NCBI GenBank assembly: GCA_002269645.1
Contig: NIVC01001406.1
Location: 186,001-250,000 of the forward strand
Source of the DNA: Macrostomum lignano
Lineage: Eukaryota
Length of the DNA stretch: 64,000 nt
Direction of reading: 5' to 3'
Position numbers and translations under genes: made by a program. The notes under the pieces are model-generated. The model made no database searches. It was given only the letters and a program-made list of their open reading frames with translations, and was not told the origin of the DNA. The first letter of the stretch is position 1. Every line of letters begins with the position of its first letter. Shown one piece after another: positions 1-57,266 of the stretch.

Positions 1-453
1 CTAACTGTTAGTTACACTCTTACCTTTCAAAGCCTTTGAAATTACCTTTCATGTCTTCCCTTTCAAAGTCCCAAAGGCATTTAAAACCGCCATAATAATT
101 CAATACTGAAAAGTCTAACAAACTCCTATCTCGTCAATGTGTTTTTTGCCTGAAAATTTTCATTAGCTTCCAAAAAAATCTTAATGAAATGCTAGGAACG
201 TCCGATTGCTGAGAAACTTTCAATAATTTCGGCCTTACAAAAAAGCCAAACTGCTTGTATTTGCAATGTTTTGAACGGAATGCCAAGCCAAGTATATTTT
301 ACAGAAATGATTCGTGAAGCAGTTACTTCCGGCATGTACAATTAAAATGACAATTCATTACGAAGTGCTACAAAGATGCGTCTATTATGTTGCATACAAA
401 ATATTGTCAACGGCGATATAAATCGATCTTTTATCGATTCCGTGTCGCAGAAA

Positions 454-1029
454 TCAAACTGGCAGTTTCTGAGCTCTGCTCGCCGCCGCGGTGAAGTGTC
501 GAAAGTCGCGGTAGGGCCGGGCGCTCTGGCTGCGAACTCGCCGATCCCGCAGTCCAGCCGCGCAGGCCAGGGCGGCCGTCAGGACGGCGGCGAGGACTCC
601 GACTGCGGCCAGGGCAATTTTGGTGGTCTTGCCGTCAACTAAAAACCGGTCTGCTTGCAAAGGAGATGACGACAATGACAGGTCGCCCGGAGGCTGGTGG
701 CTGACGAACAGCGAGAAGGTGGCGAGGCCGCGGTGCTGAGTGTCGGAGCACAGCACGAAGTGCGGCCCGCTGGAGGTGCCACCGCTCAGCCACAGTCGGC
801 CGGCCGAGTCCAGCCGCAGCTTGGAGTCGCGCAGGAACCGGACAGTCTGCAGCCGGACACCAGGGCCGGTTGTGAGCACCGGCTGCACGTCTGGGTTGTC
901 GGGCAGCGGCTTAACGAGGACGGCGAACTCGGCGGGACAGCGGAGCAGCCGTCGGGGCCCGGGCGGTGACTGGGCGCTGGTGAGCAGCAGCAGCAGTGAG
1001 CACAGGAAAATCACCTGGCTGAGATGCAT
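454..1029 (-). CDS. Small type I single-pass membrane protein (signal peptide, ~110-aa ectodomain, TM, short basic tail); family unknown, possibly one degenerate cadherin-like beta domain
   Basis: 191-aa ATG ORF in a GC-rich island. N-terminal MHLSQVIFLCSLLLLLTSA is signal-like; IALAAVGVLAAVLTAALACAAGL followed by RDRR is a TM with positive-inside flank. Confidence 0.65.
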   Translation of the reverse strand: MHLSQVIFLCSLLLLLTSAQSPPGPRRLLRCPAEFAVLVKPLPDNPDVQPVLTTGPGVRLQTVRFLRDSKLRLDSAGRLWLSGGTSSGPHFVLCSDTQHRGLATFSLFVSHQPPGDLSLSSSPLQADRFLVDGKTTKIALAAVGVLAAVLTAALACAAGLRDRRVRSQSARPYRDFRHFTAAASRAQKLPV

Positions 1030-1404
1030 GCTGTCTACTTGCTACTGAAGTGGCTGAGGTTAAAGCTTTTTTACATTAAGCAGCTGCATTGCTTTTAAAG
1101 GCCACAGCAGAGTAGCAGAATTTCTACCCCGCCTCGACCCCAGCGGAGAGTTGTTTTCAAAAATATACCAGAGAAAACCCGCGGAAAACTCTCAAGCCAA
1201 TCTGAGGCAAGAAAACAAGGCACAAGGGTTTTGGTTTATTTTTAGTCCCCTGCGTCACCGCCAGCCAGCAGGTTAAGGCATGCAGAATTCAAGCATTTGT
1301 TTACAACAAATGCGTAAGAGGAGTGAAAATTTGACAGGCTGCTTATTTGTGAAGCATCTGTTCTATGTGAGATACTCGATCTTATTTTTGATTGTGGCCA
1401 GTTC

Positions 1405-1830
1405 ATAGACTAATTACACTCTCGCTTGTGTAGGTCATACACTAATTACACTCTCGCTTGTGTAGGTCATACACTAATTACACTCTCGCTTGTGTAGGTC
1501 ATAGACTAATTACACTCACGCTTGTGTAGGTCATAGACTAATTACACTCTCGCTTGTGTAGGTCATAGACTAATTACACTCTCGCTTGTCTAGGTCATAG
1601 ACTAATTACAATCTTGCTTGTGTAGGTCATAGACTAATTACACTCTCGCTTGTCTAGGTCATAGACTAATTACACTCTCGCTTGTGTAGGTCATAGACTA
1701 ATTACACTCTCGCTTGTGTAGGTCATAGAATAATTACAATTTCAATTGTCTAGGTCATAGAGTAATTGTATTCTAGCTATTCTAGGTCATAGACTAATTG
1801 CATTCTCGCTTGTCTTGATCATAGACTAAT
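1405..1830. repeat. 32-bp minisatellite (ACTAATTACACTCTCGCTTGTGTAGGTCATAG), ~13 copies, degenerating rightwards
   Basis: Directly visible head-to-tail units without spacers. Confidence 0.95.
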
Positions 1831-2351
1831 TACATCCTGCCGTGCCCGAGTCCTAGAATATATTTGCAGTGTTCTCTAACATTTTTCTGAAATTCTTACT
1901 TCAAAAAACAAGCGATAGCGGAAATTCTAATTAATGCAAAAAACTAAGGTCGTCACAAGATTCAAAGCAAAGCGCAAACGGGCTTTTCTGACGCAGCAAT
2001 TAGTGAGGCAATCCAGAAAATGGGTAGAAAAAAGGGAGTGTCTAAACAATTTCAAGCGTTTATTAAATTACTCGCACATGTACTTAAAGTGGTTCAGCCT
2101 AGAGCAGTAGTGGGGAGATGGGGCGCAAAGCTATTCCTTCGGTAGGAGGAGGGACTTAGGGGCTCGTAAATCCGCGACAGTCAATTTTGAGACAAAATCA
2201 AGAAACGATTCGCTGCAAATGTCTGTTTCTAAATAAGCTGATGATCATTCATCTTAGACTATCTCTTTGAGCTAGCTAATAGTTAAAGTCTGCCTGTTTG
2301 TTTGTCTGTTGCTTCTGTCACTCAGCTGGCGGAGCCTCCGACTGGCTGCTG

Positions 2352-3318
2352 TCACAGCGTGAGGTCAAAGTTGAGTCGGCGCTGTCTGAAAAATGGCGGT
2401 TAATAAAGTAAAACAGTGAGCATGACTGACGAAGAGACCTCGAGTCTTCATTTTTGTGCGCCCAGTTTTAAAGCCGTAAAATTTGCCCCACAAAGCCAAG
2501 CCGGCTCACGCACAGAAATCCGTGCTGCTCCTCCTGGAAGTCCTGGTGGCGGCAGCGGCTGCCCCCGTGGCCGCTGGCTCGCCGGTGTCGCTGCCCTCGC
2601 TGTCGCCGTCGCCGCAGCCACCGCCGGACGAGGACGCATCCGAGGAGTACAGAAAGCGGAGATACTCGGCATCCGTACCGACGCCGGCGCCGACTTTGCC
2701 AGCGCAGAGGTCTCCAAGAGCGGCAAACTGGGTGGCGGCGTCGGCGGCAGCTCTGGCAGCCGACAGGGCGGACGCGGCGGCCATCGGATCCTCAACGCCG
2801 ACGCTGCCGCGGACGGCGTCCCCGGTGTCCCCGGCGCTGACCGTGGCCAGCTCGATTGACGATCCGTCGGCGGGGCTCCGCGAGCCGGGCAGAAACTCGT
2901 CCACCCCAGGGCTGCTGGACGACTCAAGTTGATCGGCCACCTCCTTGTTGTTGTCAGTTTATTATTAATGTGTTTACCGCCATTGGCTTAACAATAACAA
3001 TAATTGATTACAAATGCCCCAATTGGGCCAGATGTGCAACCGATAGCTCAGCCGCAGCTGTTGCGCAGCGCATCTGAAGGCTGCGTACGGCTGTTCAGTC
3101 CAAGGACTGGGGGTGTTCATTTTACGCGAGTGTAATTGTGCTAATTGTCATTAGGAGAAGTTTACATAGCAAAAGATACTCTCTCACCTGCATGCTGATG
3201 GCGGCCCATTTTGTAGCGGCGGAGGCGGCAGCCCGCTTGCGCAACGAGGACCACTCGGTCTGGGCGCTCTGCGATTGACAAGCGCGACTTTTATGCTTTT
3301 GCTATATCTCGCGATTAC

Positions 3319-3407
<89 letters not shown>

Positions 3408-5160
3408 AACCAAACAAACAAACAAACAAACAAACAAACAAACAAACAAACTAACTAACTAACAACCAAACAAACAAACAAACAAACTAACTAACTAACT
3501 AACTAACTAACAACCAAACAAACAAACAAACAAACTAACTAACTGACTAATTAGTTAATGCTCTCTAAAGTCAATCGCTCTCTCACCACCGTTGAAGTGC
3601 TGGCCGCGTCGCAGTCCGACATGGTCGTGTCGATAGACATGGCAGCGGCGGTAATCGCGACTGTTGAAGCGGTGGGAGCGACAGAAGCGGCAGCAGCCGC
3701 AGACGCAGCGGTAGTGAAGACATCTTCGTCGTCACTGTTGTTATCATCATTGCCGGTGTCCGGTTCGGTGTCGGCGTCGGCGCTGACCTCCTCGGACCGG
3801 CACAGGTGGTGGTTGCTGGCGCTGATTTGTTGCGGCTGCTTGGCTGCGGGTTTTTTAATTTAACTTAAAAAACAGCATGCGAACTGCCATACTGTAAGTA
3901 GGCGAACAAAGAAAATAAGCTCCGGAAAATGTGATCGAATAAAAACTCAAGCAGGAAGCCATGGCACTCTCTTAGCTTACAGTTCAATTCGTTCACTGCC
4001 TCGACGCGCTCGCTAGCAGCGGAGGCCGGCGCCTTTTGCTTCATCCAGACGGCCTGTTGAAAAGCTTCGAAACGCTTAGCGCTGCTAGGCTCTATAGCGG
4101 CCAAGTCAAGACCGGCGTCGTTGTTTTCGTCGTTGTCCGGCACCTCCGCGCCGAACTGAATGACTACAGTCTGGTAGTCGGAGCCGACGCCGCCAGTGCA
4201 GGACGTTGATGGCGGCAGCGGCAGGCGGACCAGGCAGGACAGCGGCCCGGCGTAGGCTGTCGAGGCGATCCACACCCGGCGGCCGCTCCGACGATGGTCG
4301 AAGAGAATCTCGCCGCCTCCGCCGTCGACGTTGCCGCAGTTTTCGCGTCTCGGCGTCAAATGAAAGCTGAGCAGCGGCCGGCAGCGGTGGCACAGCAGCG
4401 ACTTGGCGGCGTGGTGGGCGGGGCAGCGCCACAGGCGATAGTCGTGACCCGGTAGGGCGGCCAAGCTGGCGACGCCCGAGCTGGGCACCCGCTCCACCAG
4501 CTGGTGCTCGGGGGGCTGCACGCCCCGGTGGAAAAAGTAGGACGCCGCCGCGTCCACGTCGCAGTCCCGCTTGTAGCAGTCGTCGTCGCTCTCAGCGACG
4601 TCCTTTTCGCCGCCTGAGAAGCTCAGCCGGCTGCCGATGCCGTCGCTGGCCAGACCGCGGCGGAACTCGACGTCGGCGGCGGTGACTTTGATTTCGCCGC
4701 GGACGCGACAGGCTCGAAGACGGCGCAGTGCGGCGTCGGTGTCGTCAAAATCGTCGCCGCTGTTCGAAGCGCTGTTGTCCACGTTGCTGGCAGCGGTGGC
4801 GACAGCGGCAGCGGAGCTGCAGCTGCCGGGCACCGAGCAGAAGAAGCCACCGCAGAGGTGGCAGGTCGCCTTGGCAACAGCGACGTCGGCCAGGTCGGCC
4901 TGGGCATCCTCCGAGTCCAGGTCGAGCTCCAGGCCGGGCGGGGTGACGCGCTGGTCGCTGCTGCTGCTGCTGTCGCCCAGGTCGACCGGCTGCAGCTCGA
5001 AGTCGAGAGTCGGGGCTGTCGCAGCCTTGACGGAGTCCTGCAGCTTCCGGCGCCGGTGCCGACGGACGGCGACCACGCCGACGACGACTGCGGTAGTCAG
5101 GACACCGCCAAATACGGTCAATATGATGAAGGGCACGACTCCTGACACTACTGCGGCCAT
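2352..5160 (-). CDS. Four-exon gene for a ~634-aa protein with an N-terminal TM anchor and a large Cys/acidic/low-complexity cytoplasmic region; family unknown
   Basis: Exons 5160-3981, 3843-3587, 2943-2510, 2385-2352 have GT..AG sites (GTAAGC, GTGAGA, GTGAGC donors) and phases 1/0/2 that join in frame to ...RRLNFDLTL*. TM is VPFIILTVFGGVLTTAVVVGVVAV followed by RRHRRRK. A CAG just after the ATG means further upstream exons cannot be excluded. Confidence 0.7.
3006..3113 (-). mobile_element. 5'-truncated copy (3' tail only) of the SINE at 28690-28995
   Basis: Reverse complement of ~28880-28985 (CCCCAGTCCTTGGACTGAACAGCCGTACGCAGCCTTCAGATGCG...). Confidence 0.8.
3318..3551. repeat. (CTAA)n/(CAAA)n compound microsatellite
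   Basis: Direct inspection. Confidence 0.97.
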
Positions 5161-6023
5161 GGATTGAGTAGCTCCACAGCCTCAGGCTGTGTACAGTAGC
5201 AGCTGATGATGGGCGGGCCTGCCCATTCAATTGAATAGATGAGCTGTGTGACTTTCAACTTGCACAACTCATTGCCGAGTAATGCGCTGTGTAAATGCCT
5301 GTTTCCAAGTTATAGTGTGGTATAATACATGTAGGGTAAAGCTTCGATTAGAAAAGGATTGACTTTTTAACTAACGATGTAGCTTTGAAGTGGAATCGCT
5401 TCTTGATATGGATGTAAAAGGTATGGTCAGAGTCTCTATGGTATCGCCATAATCTTTATAAAATGCGTTGGCTTAAAAGTGTACTTATATAGCTTCAAAT
5501 ATGTTAAATAAGGAGCCAAAACACGGCAGCTTGTTGCCATAGACTATTCTCAGGCGCTTCTGGATTTCGGCTTTGCTATAGGCAAAGTATTTATTGACTG
5601 ACCTACAATCTCAGATGTTTTTAGCCTGTAATCAAATATATTGATTAATGTTTCATGCTGATAATTCCTATTGACAATTTTTCTAATGATTTAAATAATG
5701 ACAATTCTATATCATTAATGTAGGGTGATATGTTTTCATAGAAAGTGCATTGTTTTTTAGTAAGGTGTTAGTAAAGATCGTATTATTTTAATGTAAATCT
5801 TTCTTTTTCTAGTGAGTCACTTGTAATTAATTAATAACTGGCTGGTTTATTTTCGTTTTCCAAGTTCCGTTAGTTGTTTGTTCGCGTGCGCGTTACTGTA
5901 TATTAGTGTGAGTATTAAAGTCTACTACTAATTTTCTTATCTTATCAGCCAGACCACGTGTGATCGACCTTGAGGGAAAGCCGCGCTAGCTACGCCGACC
6001 CCCCGGGCCAAGGTCACAGCTCG

Positions 6024-9000
6024 GCTAGCCGTGAAATCCACTAGTAAAAAATTCCCGGCTCAGCCGGTGGATCCCACCGTGGACCCACGCTCGGCTAGCC
6101 GTACTGGCTGTGAACTTGCGATTTTTTTATTGCCCTATGCTCTACTCCGTACTAGTTTGAGTAGAGCATAATAAATATAGCAACACTCATTGCACTGTAT
6201 ATAAAAATATGATAAATTTTGGCATTTTGCTGTTAGAGATTAGTCTGATCGTTAAGTAGGATTATGGATAGTGAATGATTTTGATGAAAAATCATAAGCA
6301 AAATATCGAATTGTTTTAATTCATTTTTCACTAGTTCCACCAGTGAACGAGCCGAGCCCGGCGCCGCCGAAGGCGGCGTCGGGCGAGAGCGAGAGAACCC
6401 GAGGCCCCGACAGGGGCCGAGGGCGAGTGAATAATTTCTACCCATGGCGGCCGAAGGCTGACATGGGCTAGAAAGTATTTACGAGTAAATAAGTTAGACT
6501 CTAATGCATTTTGAAATTTCACGTTTTTTCGCCAAAAAATGCTCCTGTTTTGCAACCACTGCACCGATTGAGTTGAGTGAGGTGTCGATCGATAGAAAAC
6601 TTTTAAATCTATCGAATGAATATACTTTTAAGTGCAGAGATTTTATTACTGAGCCGTAAATTAAGTGGAAAGACGATTTTTTCAAAAGTGCTTCTGGGAG
6701 ATCTCAAAATTCTGGTACACCTTACGAGATACGGCTTCGACATCTAAGGATCAAAGTTGTAAAACTAAATTTCCTACAAAATGGTATATGGCACTTTAAT
6801 TTATTTCGGCGTTTTTATGCAGTTTTGGTGGGTTTTTTGGGTAAAAAAATGACCTTCATTTTATTATTTCGCCAATTTTTCCTACGAAGCTTTTTGAGTT
6901 TGGGCTTCAAAGCAGTGCAGTTGGATGCGCAATGCAAATATCTACAAGTGTCTAAAGTTTTGTTTTCCTACAGTTTTGCAGTGCTGAGAAAATTGACAAA
7001 AATCGATTTTTCAAAAAATCACATGACTTTCGCATTATTGCTCATTATAATTTTGAGAACATGGTGCGAATAAGCCAATATCGAATTTCTATAGCATAGT
7101 TGCTGTACTATATTGGTGTAAATTGCTGCCGTCTGCTTTCGCTACTTTCGGATTGAAAAATCGATCAGAAATCGATAATTTGTGATTTTTGGCTGATTGG
7201 GTGCCAGAAAAATGGGTGATTAAAATTTTAAAAGAATTTTAAAAGACGTGGGTCTTCATACTACTTGATAAACCTAGTTTTGTACCGATGAAAAAGAACT
7301 TTGAGAAGCTCAATAAAAATGTAAATCTCTACTTCTCCCATTTTCTCTCTTTGTCTGTTCTGTTTCTCTCCACTCTAATCTCTCTCTAGTCTCCCCTCTC
7401 CTCTCCTCTCGCTTCTAGCTCTCGTTTTATCTCTTATCTTCTCTTTAGTCTTATCTCTTCTCTATTCTATTTCTCTCTCATCTGACCCGCAGCCATGAGC
7501 TGGAATCGAGTCTTCTATAATAGGCTTTAGAAGGCCTCGATATAAAAAAATTTCTAATGACTCCAGAGCGTAGCAGGGTTATATTTTGCAAAGAAAGCTA
7601 TAAATAAAGTCTTTCCAAAACACTGTACATTCCTACTTCAGAAGCCGTATCGCCTGACTTTTTAGTCGGGGGGAGGATTGTACACGTAGTGACTTGGATC
7701 TTGCGCCCGACAAACTTTGTACTGGGCTTGCAATTCAAATGTGCAGTTAAAGAGCTAAATTTAATACGAAATTCTAATCACGTGACGCCCGTTTATCGAT
7801 CTAATTTCCCTTGGTCTGTGTGCGAGTCAAATGAAGCTCTATTACACGCCCTCCAAACCAAGCCGCCAAGCCCTCTCGCGTTGCCACAACCCCACTTGGA
7901 AGGGACGGGTGTGTACATTGTATGTACGATTATTCCTTCCTTTCCTTTCCTTTCCTTCCTTTCTAACCAGCTTAACTCAGCCCAATGCCAAAGCCATGCA
8001 AGCAATCACATGCAAATGCAGATTATGCAAAGCGGTATGCAGCTTAATGTGATGAATTTCGATGCAAAAAAGGCATTTTTTACATGAAAAAAACATCGAA
8101 TGGTTATGAAATTCAAGAAATTTGTTAAATTAACTATATGGAACACTGTGCATTGGTTTCAGTGCGAAATTCCTACCATTTCCAGTTTAAATAGCCCAGG
8201 AACTAACATAAAAGTAAAAAGTCAAGTTTTCAGTTTTTTATCGATAATTTTTTACTCAATAAACCGAATCTCTAGAAATTGCACACAAATATGCCTCGTT
8301 TTTTTGGGAAATCAGCCGTCATAAAAATAATGCCGTCTTATTGCGTTTTTTGCCTGATTTCAAGCAAAATATTAAAAAATCACTACTCTGATCGATTTCC
8401 AATCACTTTTGACACATGAGCACTTGTTGCAGACACTCAAAAACTTGGTCAATTTTAGCCAGACATTAGTACAACTCGTTGCAGTATCCGCATTTGATCT
8501 AGCATTCTTTTAAAATTTTAATCACCCATTTTTCTGGCACCCAATCAGCCAAAAATCACAAATTATCGATTTCTGATCGATTTTTCAATCCGAAAGTAGC
8601 GAAAGCAGACGGCAGCAATTTACACCAATATAGTACAGCAACTATGCTATAGAAATTCGATATTGGCTTATTCGCACCATGTTCTCAAAATTATAATGAG
8701 CAATAATGCGAAAGTCATGTGATTTTTTGAAAAATCGATTTTTGTCAATTTTCTCAGCACTGCAAAACTGTAGGAAAACAAAACTTTAGACACTTGTAGA
8801 TATTTGCATTGCGCATCCAACTGCACTGCTTTGAAGCCCAAACTCAAAAAGCTTCGTAGGAAAAAGTGGGGAAATAATAAAATGAGGGTAATTTTTTTAC
8901 CCAAAAAACCCACCAAAACTACATAAAGATACCAAAATAAATCAAAGCGCCATATACCATTTTATAGGAAATTTAGTTTTACAACTTTGATCCTTAGATG

Positions 9001-9389
9001 TCGAAGCTGTATCTCGTAAGGTGTACCAGAATTTTGAGATCTCCTAGAAGCACTTTTGAAAAAATCGTCTTTCCACTTAATTTACGGCTCATTTAAAAAA
9101 TCTTTGCATTTAAAGGTATATTCATTCGATAGATCTAAAAGTTTTCTATCGATCGACACCTCACTCAACTCAATCCGTGCAGTGGTTGCAAAACAGGAGC
9201 ATTTTTTGGCGAAAAAACGTGAAATTTCAAAATGCATTAGAGTCTAACTTATTTACTCGTAAATACTTTCTAGCCCATGTCGGCCTTCGGCCGCCATGGG
9301 TAGAAATTATTCACTCGCCCTCGGCCCCTGGCGGGGCCTCGGGTTCTCTTGCTCGTTCACTGGTGGAGCTAGTGGATTTCACGGCTAGC
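6024..9389. mobile_element. Long-TIR (foldback/MITE-like) non-autonomous DNA element: ~0.9-kb inverted arms around a ~1.27-kb spacer
   Basis: About 6328-7237 is the reverse complement of about 8503-9372; the ORF track gives near-identical peptides on opposite strands. The outer motif GCTAGCCGTGAAATCCACTAG is at both ends. No transposase or clear TSD seen. Confidence 0.75.
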
Positions 9390-10974
9390 GGTCGGCCGTT
9401 AGATAAGGCCAAGATTTCAAGTCTGCCCCAGGTCGACACCCCCTCGGCTGGGCCAATCAGAGAGCGCCAGGCTGAGAGGAGGGGTTTTCGTCAACATTTG
9501 GGTCAGCGGCAACGCAAGCAAAGAAAGAATACAAAGAATAAGACAAGAATGCCAACCTCGCAGCTGCAGCTGTAGCTAAGAGTACAATATGCTCGTATAA
9601 TGTATAAGTTTGTTGTCAAGCAAGATGATCGTATTGATCTTATCGTCGGTCGGAATTTGTGCACAGAATTCCACAGCGGCATAAAATTCCCCATCTCCTC
9701 CACTACTCCCGTCCGTTGCATGGACCGCTAGACTTGAAATGTTGGATCCTTGTTAGTTTAAACCCTAGCTCATATTGTCTCCATTAAACATCGGATCCTT
9801 TAACCCACCACCCGATAATTTCCTTGCTGCGCCGGAAGGGAGCAACGCAGACACACGAAATTCAAGAACACGAGCTGACTTTGTTGCACACCTTCTCAAG
9901 AAGCACGTCGCCAGCCTACCAGAAGGTCGGATTTTTTCCATAAACTCCAGTGTACTCAATACAGCCCTGTGCGCCAATCAGCACTGCGCCTCAGTGCAGC
10001 GTCACCCAGACGCCGTCAGCACCTTCAACAGATGACAACAGGCGACTATGGACTAGACGGATTTAGGGGGGTGGCGTGGTGCGAAATTTGTTGTTTTTGT
10101 TTATCTGCGCAGTGTCCGGTGGTATTTCAGTTTATTTTTTGTTTTTGGTGCTGGATCTGCCTATATTTTCTTGCAACAGTCTATTGTACCACTAGTACCT
10201 ACTCGACCTTTTTAAGGTCGGGCGGAGGATTGAAGGACGCCGTCTGGGGGGGGGACCTATCATCGATCATCAAAAGTCACTAAATTGAAAAAAAACTGCT
10301 GTGAAAAGGGCATTCAAAAATTTTAGTTGTTTTATCCGCAAAGCTTTGTAAGGCATGGGAGATTAATAACTGTTAGACAAAAACTGAAGTATACAAACAA
10401 ACTAACAAATTAAAGCGTCGAAAATTTATTTTTAAACGGTTTTATGATATACTAAAGAAACAAGTATAATATAAACAGTGCTGCAGGTTAAACAAGATGT
10501 TTGCAAAAAATAAGCAACGATATGCTTAACACAAACAAGCGATACGCAAACATTTAAGCTATATAGGATGAATATATAAAACTTAAATATAAAAAACGCT
10601 GAGATAACAATAAATTTAATTTAAAAGTAGATAAATTTTCAGCAGATTTGTTGACCAAACATTGAGCAGCAACACGAGGAAAAACTTGCCTGGATTCAAG
10701 CCACGCGAGGGTTAATATGGACTTAATTTACGAGTATATGCAATACAAAAAAGTGCCTAGAATACCGAATGGAACACTATCAGTTTCAATGAGAAATAGG
10801 CGACAATACACCAACCAAAGGGAAAATGCAAGGGACTAAAACATTAAGGCCATCGTTCTTTCGCTAGATTTGCAAATATCATCCTTCAAATTTGATGCCA
10901 AAAAGCATCGCATCAGATTGAAAACTTTAGCAAGGGTTGGAATGAGTGCAGTCGCTTAATATGGCTGGGCGTAT

Positions 10975-11295
10975 GTACATTGAGAGGGAAATGGGGTTGG
11001 TATCTAGGCTTGGTGGGGCGGGTGTACACTGAGAGAGGGATATGGGGTTGGTATAGGCTTGGTGGGGGCAGGCGAGTGTACACTGAGAGAGGGATATGGG
11101 GTTGGTATAGGCTTGGTGGGGGCAGGCGAGTGTACACTGAGAGACGGAAATGGGGTTGGTATAAGCTTGGTGGGGGCAGGCGAGTGTACACTGAGAGAGG
11201 GAAATCGGGTTGGTATAGGCTTGGTGGGGGCAGGCGAGTGTACACTGAGAGACGGAAATGGGGTTGGTATAAGCTTGGTGGGGGCGGGTGTACAG
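10975..11295. repeat. 54-bp G-rich minisatellite, ~6 copies
   Basis: Unit GTGTACACTGAGAGAGGGATATGGGGTTGGTATAGGCTTGGTGGGGGCAGGCGA; 18-aa periodicity in ORFs. Confidence 0.95.
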
Positions 11296-12559
11296 GTGTA
11301 TTAAGAGATGGGAAGTTATTAGTAACGTTTGACAGATCAGTAGTATATTAAAGTTAACTTGATGGTTTGGGGTTACGGGTTGAAATTAGACTTAGATTTT
11401 GGGCAGTTGGGGTGTGTTTTCATGATGGATTAATAATCATCACCAAGTCGTATTGAGCTTGAAAATCGCCTTCATTCGCCCGTATCACTCGGGTAAATGC
11501 AAGGGGCATTGTACATTGTACAAAATTCTGGATTGCTCTTGACTAGTAAAAAACCAATAAGCTATAAGGGACATTAATTAGAGACAAAAATGAAACATTG
11601 CGACAATGAAAATACAGTATATAAAATACTATTCTAGCAAAAATCACTGACGAGCCTCAACAAGAGAATTAATAACCCGTCGATGTAAAACAAGAAAACG
11701 AAGACAAATTCGTTACAAAAGTCACTGAGTCTAAATGTTCACAGATAAACAAAAGCGTGAAGTAGGTTTAAACAAAAATGGCAGGTAGAGGTAACAGTAG
11801 TAAATATATTGCAGATGACAAATTCAGGGAAAGCATGAAAAAACGGGGAATCTGGTGGGTTGAATAAACATCAAGACTTTCCTAGACGTATGGGAGAGTA
11901 AAGAAATATGAAACCATTTCGAACACAGAGTCAAAATACTGAAATTTAAATCTACTGAACTTGGCTATTTTTATCGAAACAGTTTTTTTAATTAATAAGG
12001 TGGCTACCGAATAACTACGGCAGCCAACTCACTCTCCAGACTACTAACAGTAGCTAGGTCAGCAAGTGAAATTTAGACATGTACAACGCATGCAAAAACT
12101 GGTGCCGCAGAAGCAGTAGTCGGCTTCCTTGGGCGCAATCTCCATCGAAATTTTATTTTGAAGAATCCATTTTTCTGGCACAAATTCGCTTTTCACATTC
12201 GTTCTTATGAATCTTAACCGCTCTAACCAATCAAACAATTAAAGACTTGACGCTTTGCAAAAGAAACAAAAACACAAAAGCAGACTTGGATTAATTATTC
12301 ATATTTATTATTTTTGTTTCAAAAGCGACAATATGAGGGAAAAGCAAACAGCTATAGAAATGATGATTAAATTTGAAACTAAAGAAAGAAAACGAAAAAC
12401 AACACGCGCGCAGACAACAGAATACCAACACTGTGAAATCAGATATATGGATATTTATTTTTTAATCAAGAAAGTAATAAACATTTTTTGATTCGATCTA
12501 ACCGAATTGGTGATGATTTAGCTGCAGTGGGATCGCGATCGAATTGCATGCTTAACAAT

Positions 12560-57005
<44,446 letters not shown>

Positions 57006-57266
57006 AATTCTGTTGAAATATTCCACTATTTTTTAACTAGACGGCTGCACTCATAGCAGTTCGATTGTTCTTTAATTAGTAGACCAGAAAATGTGCAACA
57101 ACAGTTATATGCTATACAATTTAACAGTAACTGTTAGTGACAGTGAAACTATTGCAATAAACAAAGCTATGCATACAAAATGATATCTCATTATAATTCT
57201 TTGACTTGCAATATCATAAAGCACATCTTATTATGAAAAATAGGCTTTTCAATATATATAACTATA

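Noticed and set aside
1405-1830. CRISPR-like 32-33-bp repeats (also 31773-31907 and 25480-26265)
   Set aside because: Units are contiguous with no unique spacers, there are no cas genes, and the context is eukaryotic
2416-2932. Plus-strand ORFs over GC-rich exons (also 4637-5167, 13891-14705, 35017-37353)
   Set aside because: Antisense shadows of minus-strand coding sequence that has splice or domain support
4020-4290. SEFIR-like fragments (RRVWI; TVVIQF..EVPD..RFEAF)
   Set aside because: Only ~35 aa separate motifs that are more than 100 aa apart in SEFIR domains
4520-4830. Mab-21/cGAS-like motifs (GS..DFD, RLSFSGGEK, CYKRDC, SYFFH) in the orphan TM protein
   Set aside because: Spacing is far too compressed for the nucleotidyltransferase fold; likely chance unless HHpred supports it
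9775-10035. 86-aa ORF in moderately GC-rich DNA
   Set aside because: Non-ATG start, no recognisable motif and no splice partners
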